From Raillietiella orientalis (Eukaryota), in the NCBI GenBank assembly GCA_036172245.1, contig JAYWIR010000036.1:496001-560000 (forward strand): a stretch of 64,000 nucleotides of DNA. The letters are read 5' to 3'. Under the pieces are notes generated by a model. It had not been told where the DNA came from, ran no database searches, and saw only the letters and a program-made list of their open reading frames with translations. Shown piece after piece: positions 14,001-25,900 of this stretch; within the stretch, counting starts at the first letter, position 1; every line of letters begins with the position of its first letter. Both the position numbers and the translations under genes were made by a program.

Positions 14001-15689
14001 CTCTCCTCGGAGCTCCTACGGGTCATCTACCGACCGCAGCACGAGGCTCCTTCGGAAGATTCTCATTACCCAATGTAGTCGCATCTCTTCCGGCTGGGAG
14101 ATGAATTTCCGGATTAGAAGGACATCGGAAGCGAGGGAAGGCAGGCAGGCCGCTCCGAGCAGAGAGGAGAGGAAGGAGAGACCAATTGACCTTCCATAGC
14201 CATTTGCCACGCATCTTCAGGATCGCTATTTCGCATGCCGACTCTGAACGCCCCTGACTGAATCCGGTCTCCGTACATGGTCATTTCCGGATCCCTCCGG
14301 TGAACAGCTCCAACACAAAAAAAAAAGGGGGGAGAGAGAAAGATAAAGTCATACAGGCAAGAAGGAAGTCTCATCTCTCTAAAAGATCATCTTCAAGTAG
14401 AGCTATGCTCTCCTGGAGACCTTGCACCGCTGGTCGCGCAGCGGGTGCATTCGAGAAAGTAGAGGGACTCCCATAGGAGCCCTGGCAGCGCTCCCGGTAG
14501 CTATGTACGGTGCTGCGGCAGCAACCGGGGAGCTGCTGGTGTCTATTCAACCGTTTGAGCCGGGGCGTTTATGGCAAAAAAGGGGGAGCAAAAAATGTAT
14601 TTGCAAGTAAACAGCTATTATATTATAAAAAAAAAAAAGCCATTCCTCCGTAGTGGGGAGCTGCTGCAATTGCACCACATTAGTAAAGATCCCACAGGGG
14701 ATTGCAGCTTGCGAGCAGTTTGCCGGCAGAGGTCTTCTTCGGGGAAAATAAGAGAGAGGAGTAAACAAAAAGCAGAATAAGGAAGGAAGGCAACAGCAGC
14801 TGCTGGTGAGGGAGCGCGTTCACAGGGAAGCTCTACCTGCGAGCCGGTGCGTGGCGCTAAGGGGTTCCGGAGCGTACTGGAAGTCGTCTCTGAGGAGGAA
14901 GAGGTCCCTGCGCGCGACGATGCAAAAGCGCTTGGTATTTGGAGCTTCCGTTGCGAGATGGCAGCCTCGACGCGAGCGGGCCTCGAGGACTCGCGCTCTC
15001 CCTTCCGCCGCCTAGTGCGAAACTTCGGTCAGGGGGACGCTGGAAGCGCGCAACCTTCGGGAACAGCCGTCAGAAAGGCGTGAGGGCTTCGCTCGCGGCT
15101 CAGGGACGGAACGCACGTGCGGGAATGCTGGTTTTGAGATGGAGGAGCCGCCCCCCGTTGCTGCGAGAGGAACGTACGCCCGCGACGTTCGAGCGCGTCC
15201 GGACGAGCCCTTGTGGTGAGCGCTTTTTTCGTGCCCCCTCTGTGGAGAAGAAGGGTGTGTGATACCCTCATTCCCCCGGACCCCGAAGGTTGGCTGGAAC
15301 TCACCTGGTCCTTCTGCCGCGCTCCGGCCGGAGAAATCCAGAAGGAACGGAAAGGTCCCTCCTTCGTGAGGAGTGTCCGTCTCGAGGCCTGCTGGCCCGC
15401 GCGGTACGCCCGCACCACCTTCGTTTTGGTTTCCCCCTTGTCTGAAGAGAGGGCGCTAGAACAATGCCGGGATGGATCTTCTCCACGGAGGTCCGCTGAC
15501 GTTTCCGTGGCGACTCCCGGGAAGCCAGCCAGCGCTTTTGCCTTCTCCCCCTCAGAAACGGAGGAAGAAGAGGGAAGCACTCCTCTCGTCCCTCCCTCCC
15601 TTCCTTTCCCCCCAAAGAGAATCGGGAACAACAGTGAAATTGTCCGTGACGGCGCGCGCGTCTCCGTGGCGACCGTCCGAACGCTACCT

Positions 15690-15695
15690 TTTATT
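15690..15695 (-). promoter_or_regulatory. Polyadenylation signal AATAAA for the secreted-protein gene at 15793-16594
   Basis: TTTATT on the plus strand ~100 nt downstream of the stop, in otherwise GC-rich sequence. Confidence 0.55.
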
Positions 15696-15792
15696 TCTGG
15701 TGGCCAGCAAGGGGCGGGAGGGGGGAGCGGGACAGGCGAGGAAAAGCGTTCGTCTCCTTGAAAACGGGAGCGGACTTTTACCCGCTGTTTCC

Positions 15793-16594
15793 TCAGATGA
15801 ACCCTGCGTTCTTGAGCATCTTCAAGACGGCCTCCCGGGGCATCACGTCTGAATCCCTGACCACTTCGACCCTCTCGTAGGGCCCGAGCAAGGTCGAGTA
15901 GCTCATGGCTTGCAACAGCCTGGGGTTTCTCAGGCGCAGTCGCTTCAGGGACGGGTCCAGCATGTCCTCCTGCGTGGTGACCTCGATGACCAGGGGGTGG
16001 GGCATCGGATTGTTCGGGAACTCCCCGGGAAATATGGGCGGAGGGGCCACAATGTTGGGGAGGGCAACGGCAGCCGGGAGGACGGAGGGGGCGTTCCCGG
16101 AGGCTCCCGTGGCGACGGCGGGTGGCGGCACCATGGGCACGAATCCCCCGACGAGCACCACATTGCTGGTTCCCTCGTTCAGCTGGATGGGGACGCCACG
16201 AGCTCCCGCGGCGAAGAGCACGCAGGCAGCAGTGTGCAGCAACGACAGCATTGCAGCTAGAAGACAAAGAGCGGAGGGGAGCGATATTGGGGTCCGGGGG
16301 GGGGGGATCAGGGGAAGGAGGGCATGCTCACCGGTTCTGGAGGGCGATGGGAGGGCGGCTTGCCCGGCTACGAGCAGGGTGTTTGTGCGTCCGGGTGCCG
16401 GGCACGGGCTCCATAAACGCGGCCGCGCGACCTTGATGCGGGAGAGTCGGGGAGGAGCGAGGGAGGGGGTCGCGCGCGCGCTCTTCCGGGATCCCGAAGG
16501 CCGAGCGCCTTTGCTCTCCTCCGCTTCCCCCCTCGACCGACCCGGAGCGCCCGCTCTGCCCCCCGTCGCCCTGCTTACCGGCAGGAGGCGGCAT
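15793..16594 (-). CDS. Uncharacterised secreted protein (signal peptide, Pro/Ala/Val-rich linker, structured-looking C-terminal domain); exons 16594-16579 and 16256-15793 (~159 aa; 152 aa if the ATG at 16251 is used)
   Basis: Donor CCG|GTAAGC at 16578 and acceptor TCTTCTAG| at 16257 join in frame to give MPPPAAAMLSLLHTAACVLFAAGARG-VPIQL... The exon has GC-ending codons and ends ...NPRLLQAMSYSTLLGPYERVEVVRDSDVMPREAVLKMLKNAGFI*. An Inr-like TCAGT lies at ~16750 and AATAAA lies downstream. Confidence 0.8.
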
Positions 16595-16982
16595 CTCACA
16601 GCCGGCGGCAGCGGCGACGACGACGAAGGAGACGGCGACAGCAGCGGCAGAGGTAGTCGCTCTCTCCGCTTCGTTCTTGCAGCCCGTGCAGCAGCAGCCA
16701 GCGAGCAGCCGCCACTCATCTCCCGTCATTCAGCACTGCGCAGGCGTACTGAGGCGGCGTCTCGTCGGCCTGCAGATTTCGCTCTTTCTCTCCCTCCCAC
16801 GCGCACAGCCCGCTCCCCTCCCCTCCACTCCTCCACTGCTGACCCCCCCCCCCCCTGCCTCTGCGGTGAAAGTGGGCCCGGAGAAAGGGAAAGCTCGCGC
16901 GCGCGCGCGGGGGGAGGCGACGGACCGCTCCCACGCCCACCTCCCTCCCTGCTGTCCAGGAAGAGGTTTTTCCTTCTTTTAT

Positions 16983-19900
16983 TCATCCCTCGACCTCCAG
17001 AGAAGGCCCCAGCCGCCCGCCCCCTCCACGGCCTCCGGCGAAGTACGGATTCTTCTCCGGGTCAAGGTTCAGCCTGAAAGGAGAAGACGGTCAGAAAATG
17101 GCGGGGCAGGGAGACGTCCGCTCCGCACTCCGGCGGAGGTGCGGCCTCCCGACGCGCCCTGCACCCACTCTCACCTCCCCTGAGGCCGCGAGGACCCAGG
17201 GGGCGGCTCGGGAGAAACTCGGGCGGCGGGGGAAGCGCGCCGCCTTTCACTTTCTCCCTACAGATGGCACTGGGGAGACCCCGCCTCTCAGTGCCCTGGA
17301 GATCTGAGCAGGGGGGATACGCGCTCACCCGTAGTGGTCTTCGGTCTCGCCGCAGTCCACGTTGTACCACCAGTCGCAGGTGAACTCCCGCTGGTTGAAG
17401 AGCGTCCCGTTCGTGCACAAAAACGACGCTCCCCTCCTCCCGAACCTTCCGTCGCTGCACACGTGGTACACCTGAGGGGCGAAACGGGGGACTCGGCGGG
17501 GCGTCGTGCGACCGGGCGGAGGGGGTGGCCCCGTTCGGGGCCCGGGATCTCCGGCAGACGCCATTCTCCTCCAGGAGGGGCTGCAGGGGAGGATGGGCAG
17601 ACTGGGAACGGCTCAGGGGTCGGGCCGGAAGGAAAGGAAAGGAAAGTCGGATCTCCAGGAGGTTCCGGGACTCTCCGGAGGGTTCGGCGCGTGTAGGAGG
17701 CGGCAGCGGCGCTTCCCTGGTCGAGAGGACCAGGGGGGAAGGGTGGGAAGGGAATTTGGCATCCTTCCCGGATGATCCAATCGGTCCTTCCCCCCTGGCC
17801 TCGGCGTGCGTTTCCCACCCTTCAGTCGTTCGCCGCCTCCGCGCCGATCGGGCCGCGTTGCAGCGCGCACGTTTGTTGTTGGAAGCGTAGCCTTGGCAAC
17901 GGCGGTTGTTGACAGAAGCGCAGCCGTTCGCCCGGGTATTGAAGAGAAGGGCAAAAAAAAGAGAAAAAAAATTCCAGGTGTGGGATTTTCCACAGGAAAT
18001 CGCTCTCCGATCTTTCGGACTGCCAGGCAGCGGCTGTCGCGAGGGAAGGCACTCGCTCGCCTCCCCTGACGTAAACAAAGCAACCAGCGCGGGCCGTCAA
18101 GCAGGCACGCGACGGCGGGGAGACGGCCTGTCTCCATGGAGCGCGCGGCGGCGTGGCTGTCCACGCGCCGTGGAGGTCAAGCGCCGACGACGGAACGGAA
18201 CCCATGGAAACCCACCCGTCTTCGCCGGGCGGATCATCCGGAGCGTGGGAAAGTGGCGAAGGGAAAGTTTTTCCGGAGACTTCAGGCGAAAGGCGGAGTG
18301 CGCGCCCACGTTCGTAGGCGTGGCAACGACACCTTCCGTGCACTGGAGGAGCCAAGCCGCGAGTGCGATACCCGAGTCTCCCTTCCCCACGGGGGGCTCC
18401 GCTTTTGCGGGAACGGGGTCGCGTGGTAATACCTTTCTCCCTTCCCGATAGGCGCTTCCGGCCTTCGACCACGGGGTGTCCGTCTTGCTTTCTCGCAGCA
18501 TCCTGACCACGTCCCTAGTGGTGCTGCGAGGCCGGCTCTCTGCCGGGCGCACGGACCAGCGTCGCTTCCAGGCCGAACGCCCTCCCATCGCCATTTTCCG
18601 AGTATTCGCTCTCGCCGATGCCGGGCCTTTCACTTTCTTCGGGCGTCCCTCGCTGCCTCCTCCTATTCGCCTTTTACTCTCCGCCTCTTCAAACGCGCCG
18701 CTTCAGCTCACGTGCGCAGCTCAGCCACCTGTGCGCTGCGGGGACGAGAGGGAAACCGGGTAAGGGGGCGGCTGGTCCCTCGTGTGGGCGCCTTCGCTGC
18801 GCCAACGGGGAGCGCACAGGAAAGGATGAGAGGAGCGCACCTTCCCCCGCGCGGAACCAGGAGATTCGACACGACGGCGTCGGCACCACCGGGCTCTCCT
18901 TTCTCCCCGCTTGTGGAGGACGCTCTCTCGAAGGGTGGCGGAACGACCTCCGGCATGCGCGCGTAGAGGAGGACCAGGGAATCACGAGAAGTCCTCACTT
19001 ACTCCTCCTCCTCCCCTGGAATGGATGCACCGTGATAAGAGGGAGCGGTGTTGGCGTCGCGGTGACGGAGGCTTCCTGCTTCACCGTGGTCACGGAAGAA
19101 GCAGGAAAACCCGGATCGCGATCCACGGTGACCCAACCGTCACTCTGTCCGATGGAACCGCCCTTCGCTCTACCCGAAGGGAAAGTGCGTGGGGAAGCCG
19201 GACGCCCGCCAGCCCGGAGGGCCGAAGGCCCAAGATGCTTCCTCTACAATGAGGCGGTGGTGAGGAAGCCGACGCCGCAGGAAACGGAAGCGTCTTCCCT
19301 GGTCAGCGAGGCAAGAGGAAGGGGGACGAAGTGTAGTTGGGGGAAACGGGACGGAAGGATGCGACCAAGAAGGTCGGCAAACCGCGGTGCGCGTGGGGAG
19401 AAAGGAGTTGCATGGCACGACGACTGGGGGAACACGGAAAGGCAGCGACAGTCTCACGGCGACCAAGAAATGCTCGGGAAACCGTGAACTTGGAGGGGGA
19501 CAGTGAGTCGGCTGGAAGGAAGAGGGGGAAACGATCGGTCCGTTGCCGCAAAGCCGAGCCGCGACGGGGAGTCTGATTGCCTCTATCCGGCTGGCTGTCC
19601 GGCGGCGTCCCGTCTTGCACGGACGACTAGCTGCCCTGCGGAGCGGCTCTCGGAAAGAACACGGCGGGAGGCCCTGAAGCACCGTTGTGGCCTCGGAGGT
19701 GGTGCGGAACCGCGGCGGCAGTCCCGAAACAAGGAATCTGCCGCAGCGAACGATGACTCGGATTCTGCTCAGGAATGGCGCACCTGTAACTTAAGGTGCT
19801 GGCCACGGTGGGCCTGCGCACCGAAGCTGCCAAGAAGGTAGCGTTTTTTTCTTTTTTTTTTTTCGCCTGCTTTTCTGCACGAAAACGGGAAACCGCAGTC

Positions 19901-22900
19901 GTGGGCATCGGGAAGGCATCCAGAGCAACAGACACGCATTTCCGAGAGAATCCGAGCTGTGAGCAGGTGTGAGGTGCGCCCTTACATGATAGTGCTTGCA
20001 GGAGAGAAGGGAGGGGCGCTACGAAGCGTGCCCCAGGCCTGGCGTGCTCCTAGAGACGACAGAGGAAGAAGCAAAAGTGCGTCAGTACTCATCCCTACTA
20101 CTCCGTTGCGTGTCTCACTCAAGGCATGCGAAACACGTCCGATCCCGTTAGCAGTCAAGCATCCCTCCTGTTTTGCAAGCTGTTCTTTCTCTATCGTTCC
20201 GTTAGCAATTCGCATGCAGAGAAAAGCGCGGAATAGGCCGAATTAAACAAAGTGTGTAACCATCTGCACGTCTCTGCCGCGGGTTCCTCCTTCCCTTGTT
20301 CCAGTTTTGAGGTAAAGGCGAGAACTTCCCACACCGCCGCGATCGGGCAGCGGAGCCGCACTTGGTTTCAATGAATTCCTCGGGCCGATCGGGGAACCTC
20401 GAGACACGTGGGAGCAGCAGCCAGCCCTCGCCTCGAGGAAATATCCCGCAAGCAGGGAACGCGGTCGGCGTGAAGATCCCGACGTGCCTGCACAGGACGC
20501 GGCCACCGCACGAGAGGAAGGAACGTGACGACAAAGGGGGACGGGAAGCGGGGAGAGTCCCTAGCAACGGGCTGGTTTCGCGTACATTACTGCGTCAGGA
20601 GCTGCGGCAGGTGCGCACCCCTGGCTAGCCCGGTGCGATCGAAGTCTGGGAGGTCCGAGTTGCGAATCCCAGACGAGCGGTTGCCGCAGAGGTAGCTCGC
20701 GGGGGTGTTGAAAGCTGTCGGCTGCCTTCGGGATGTGTTGGGACCCTAATGGGACAGAGTGGCTTTTCCCAGGTGCATCGAGAAGTTATGCGTCGGGGAT
20801 AAACTAGTCCCAAATTGCCGTCCCCTTCCCCGTCCCTCCTATGTGCCGCTGGCGCTCGCGAAGTGAAACTCGGTTCTCTCGCTGCCCATCCCTGAACGTT
20901 ACTCGAGTCCTGAAGTGCGTGCTTCCAGCCACCTTCCCTCCCTATCCTCGCTCCCTTCCCTTTGTTTTTCTCCCGCGAGAGGATCTCCTGAGTGAAACCC
21001 TGCCATTAAAAAAAAAAGAAACTTTGCACTTCAGTCAGCCGTGAACGACAGGCGTTGGCTCCGCGCGAAGGAATCTGGACGCCGCCTGGCACGCACAGGC
21101 TCTCGGTCTTCTGCAGGCGTGGTGGGCCCAGGGCGCGCGGGAAGAGAGGACCGGGAATCGTGGCAACTCTCTCCCAAAGGGAGCGGAGGATGGGAGTGGC
21201 AGGAAAGGAGGGACGCTCTGCCGGTGGCGGTTCATCTGACCTGGCAATCGGCCTCCGGGTCGGCGTACATCCCAGGCCGGTAAGGCACTTTTCCGCAGTC
21301 GAAGGAAGTTTCCGGGATTGCGTGGTATACGGGATAATCGATTCCGGGATGACCTGGAATGCGGGAGGTCGGGCTTTCCCTGGATTTCTGCCAGGGCTCC
21401 GGCTGGTAGAGCGGCCTCCTCTGAGGGCGGAACTCCGGATGGCTGGAGGCGTAGAGCTCGCGACCATTGGACGGGCGCCACGGACGACGATCGTAGTCGC
21501 CGTCCGGGTCCTGTGGGCGGAATTCCCTGGAGCGGGGGGCGGCGGCGGCAGATTCCTGGAAGTAGGGACGCTCCCCGTATCCATCCCCGCGGGTTCGAGG
21601 ATCCACATGGGCGGCGAGAAAGCTCCTCTCGCGCTGGCGCGGAGGCGCTCCGCCGTCCACGGGCGGGTGGCTGCGGCTCCTGGGGTAGACGCGCTGGAAT
21701 AGGGGATGGTTGACCCCCTTCTGCCTGTAGGGGGACGAGTTCCTCAGGACGATCGTCTCAGCGTCCTCGTTCCGGGTCGCCACGCGGAAGGACTTGGCGT
21801 AGGGAGGGCTGTCAGGGTTCTTGATGTAGTCGGGGACCAGCGATGTGTCACTCTCCGGGTAGAGCCTCTGGCGGCGCCCGTCCTGGGAAGAGGAAGAGAA
21901 GCGTCCGTCATTGAAAGGGTGGGACCCTGGCCCCCACCTCGTCGTTCTTCGTGCTGCGGGGCGGAAAGGGGCGTTGGCGCGGCCACGGGAGCGAGCACTT
22001 CTCGAGGGAGGAGAAAGCGGAGAGGACGTTGTCACACGCGACTGGGAGTGGCGCGCCGGGCCCTGCCGCCGGGGCCGGAGCGCATGGTGGCACGCGGGTC
22101 GAGTTTCTTTTCTTCCTGGCGCGTCCTGGGCTAACACCCTTCCTCGCCGCCTCCGCGACCAGAGGTCGCGAGACGCAGCCCTGCCGTTCTCCCTTACTAG
22201 CGGACGGATGACGGCGTCCCGCTCCCCCCCCTCCTTCGCGAGGGGGTGCAGAATGCACCCACTCTCCCTGGGCCCGCACCCCACACCCGAAACTGGGATG
22301 GCGGCGCCCCGGAGGCGAACCGCCCTCTTGGGTGCTACCTAAGGCGCTCTTCCAATCTTCTCATCCGCCGCGGATGCCGGAGAAGCCATCTGCTGCGACC
22401 AGGGCAGCAGCTGGGGGACGGGAAAGCAAGAGGGTCGCCTCCCGAACTTCCGAGGGACCCCGCCGGTGCCCCTCCTCGGAGCCGCTGCGCCGCCGGCACG
22501 AGCTGCCTCCGCTCTACCGCAGTGGGCGAGGGCAGCCATACAGAGAGAGGGGCACCTCGTCCGGAGTTCGCCTCCCTGCAACGCCTGGTCCGCGGCCCCC
22601 AGGGAAAAATATCTTCGCTCCGTACGCCATCTTTGAGCACTTCCCGCTGCAGAAGGGAGGGCGCGGCTGCCGGATGTGGACGCCCGCTCGGGAACGGGAT
22701 GGCGCAGAGCTCGAATGAAGGGTCGCCAAGCGACCCATCCTCCGCCTCCGAGGAACAGTCCCTGAAGTGGAGGGAGGGACAGGTTGGTCACCAAGAGGTG
22801 GAGGCGTACCTTCCGGTGGAAGATCAGAAGGAAGACCTCGAGGGCCCTCGACCGCTCCGGCGCGCATCCTCGCCCCCGGAGGAGGCGCCTTGATGCCCCA

Positions 22901-25900
22901 CAAGGGTTGTGGCGAGGAACCACGCGAGGTCGGCGGGTCTTCCGCGAGGTCACCTTCCGTACCAAGGGTCTCCGACGGGAAAGTATCGTTCATGCGGTCT
23001 GGGTTGGCGCCTGGGGAATCGGGGAGGCAGCGCATGGCTCCTCTGCCGTGCGGAGGGGTGGTTCCCCCCCCCTCCCGACGTCTCCTTCCGCTCCAGCCCC
23101 TTGTCCTGGGAGCGCCTCGGCGAAACCTCTGCCGCCTCTTGTTCTTCCTCAAAGCGGCGCATCCGAGAGGAGATTGGAGGCCTCCGGGCAGGAACGCGCC
23201 GCCGCCTCTACGCACTGCAGGGGACCCTGAAGGGAGTCACCCCCCCCCCACACACACACACGTAAAGTCGGTTTTGGGGCGGAGACTCTGGGTGCAGATG
23301 ACGCCCAACACCGTCTCCTTCTCCTTCTCCTCCTCCTTCCTTCCTTCAGTCTTCGCGCGTGACCTTCACAAGGATTCTCCCGAGGCATCCTCCGCTCTCT
23401 CGCCCGCTTCTTTCCGAGGTCTCCATCGCCATGGCGACCCTTCCTGGCTTTTCGGACTTCTCCTCCCTGTCCCTTCCGGGGATGGCCGCATTCGTTCGAG
23501 GCAGCCTCTGCAGTGGCTCTTCCGCCTCCCAGCTCCCGCAGTTTGCTCCGGTTGTGACGGGCAACTCGGATGGGGTGGGGTGCTCGCGCTTCCTCGTTCG
23601 CTGCGATGCCTTCCGGAGAGAGCGGCGGCGGCGACAGCAGCAGCAGGGGGGTGGGGAAGTGACGTCACGCACGAGAGGGGGAAGGACAGAAAGAGGTTCT
23701 TTCTCCTCTTCTTCTCTTCAATTGGATGGGGAGGAACGGGAAGGGGAGCTAAGGGCGAAGGAGGAAAGAGCGGGAACGAGGAGCGAAACGGTCGGCGGGT
23801 GGTGCCTTCCGTTCGCGCGAGATGGAAGGTCCGTCGCTTTCCGCCCCAGCGGGGGGGGAGGAGGAAATCCTTGGCACGTTTTCCCTTCCGGTAAGACGAA
23901 GGAGGGATCTGTGTACCCCTGCTACGACTCTCTCTCCGCTAGTCTCCTTGACAGCCCCGCTCCTGCGCCTTTTCGAGTGCGCGAAGATCCCGCCCGCCTC
24001 TTATTTTTCCGCGGAGGATCTGAGGGAGAGAGCAGGCCGGAGAGGCTCCGCCCTCGACGTCACCTGGAGGCAGGAGAAAGGAGCTCTAGAGGCGCTTTCG
24101 GCGAGTGCATCCTCGTTGACCTCCGACCTCCGAGTGCGCTCCGGCCCGCAGAAGAGTGCTACCGCCTTCGCGCGGCTTTCCCTCTCCTTTCCCGAAATGG
24201 CGCCGTGCCATCCTGCTTGCTCTAGAGGGGGAAAGGGCGAGGGTTCCTCCGAAAGGTCGGTGCTCCCGCCTCCACAGCATCCACAAGGGAGAGAAGCGAA
24301 GCACAGCCGATTTGACGAGATCGGAAATGGATCGGAAATCTGCAAGGTGGCGGCTGACTCAAAGGACTTCGTTTCTCCTTCGGAGGCAGGAGGGAGATGG
24401 GACCGGCGAGGGGAAAAAGTGAAACGAAACCCGCCCTTCTGGATGTACCAGTCATCGCTGGTGCACTCCCTAGAAGGAACCCAGTCCCAGTCTCCATCTC
24501 AGAACTCCGTATCCAGGTCGAAAACCCGAGAGACTCTTCCATGTTAGGAGAGGAGACAGATTTTTCGTTCTGCACCGGGGAGCAGCCTGTGAAAAACTTC
24601 CCTCCGTTGGTGCGCCCACCTTTTCCCTTGACTTTCTTTCCCCTCGAGACTGGTTCGGAAGTTCAGGGTAGAAAGGGAACGCGCGAAGTACCAGTGGCAG
24701 TCGCAAGCATGACAAAAGGGAAAACCTTTGGGATGAAAATCATTCCATTCCCTTTCATAGCGCGAAAGCGCACGTTGAAGCGAACGGAGTGTGCAGCGAA
24801 GGCCAACGGAGGAGCGGTGGGAGTGCAAGGAAGATCCGGTGGCCGTGAACCACAGAGTTCACGACAACGACGTTGCTGTTGGTGTCAAAACAGACGCGCG
24901 CCGCGAACGAAGCACTGATGAGTGTCCTATCTCGGGGCAACACCAGCACGTATCCTCGATCACAGATCGCGATTCAGGGCATCCATCCGCATTTCACCAC
25001 GCGCGAAAGCAACAAGGAACCCGTCCTGTGGGCCCGGTCTGCCTCATGTCTGCGACCTGTCACTTAGGCATGCATGCCGCCTCGCTTTTGTTTCTTCTTG
25101 GACTTTTTTGTCCTCCCCCCCCCCCTCATCCCTTTTTTTTTTTTGGCACGTTCCGTGCGTTGCAACTCTTTCGAAAAATGAAAGTTGGTCAGGCAACAGC
25201 GCACAGTTTAATTTCCTGCACACACGAAATCAGAATCTCACTGATGAAGGAATCTCTTTTCTGAGAATGCCGCGGTCAGTCAATGCTAAGGGAAGTGCTC
25301 CTCACTGTCTACCACTCACTGAATTGCTGGTCTGGCAGAGTTAGTGTGCATTGCTGGTCAGGGCTTCCAGAAAGCACTCCGGCAAGCAGCCAAAAAACCG
25401 GCACTACAGGAACGGCGACACTTTGAGAGGAGCGGCGATGAAGACTCTCCGCGCCCTCGCCCCGCCCAGGGAGTTCCCCGGCTTTCTTTGTCGGCAGAGC
25501 GGTCATTCCGAATCATGGATGAACGGAGGCAAGAACGCCCTGCAAGCAGGGGGAAAAGGACGACCAGTGCGCTCAACAAGGCTAGGCGGCTTCAGGAAAG
25601 CGGAATCAGAACCAGAGGAGCAGGTCAGATCCCGGCCACCGAGAACAAACATCTGTTCGTCTAAGGGAAAATCCTGCGCTCCCTCCTCCTGGCGGACTTC
25701 CTTACGAGCAGACGGTGGCGCGCGCACAGTGACCAGTCGGCACATCCCATGAGCGTCACCGCGGTCGCAACGCCCTCTGACCTCGAAAGCGAGAAGGCGT
25801 CCACCGTAAGGACCTCCTGGTCCTTACGGTGGTTGCATGCCCTCTCAGGGGGGCATGCAACCCCCCTGAGAGGGATGCGCACGACACGACCGGGAGGAGG

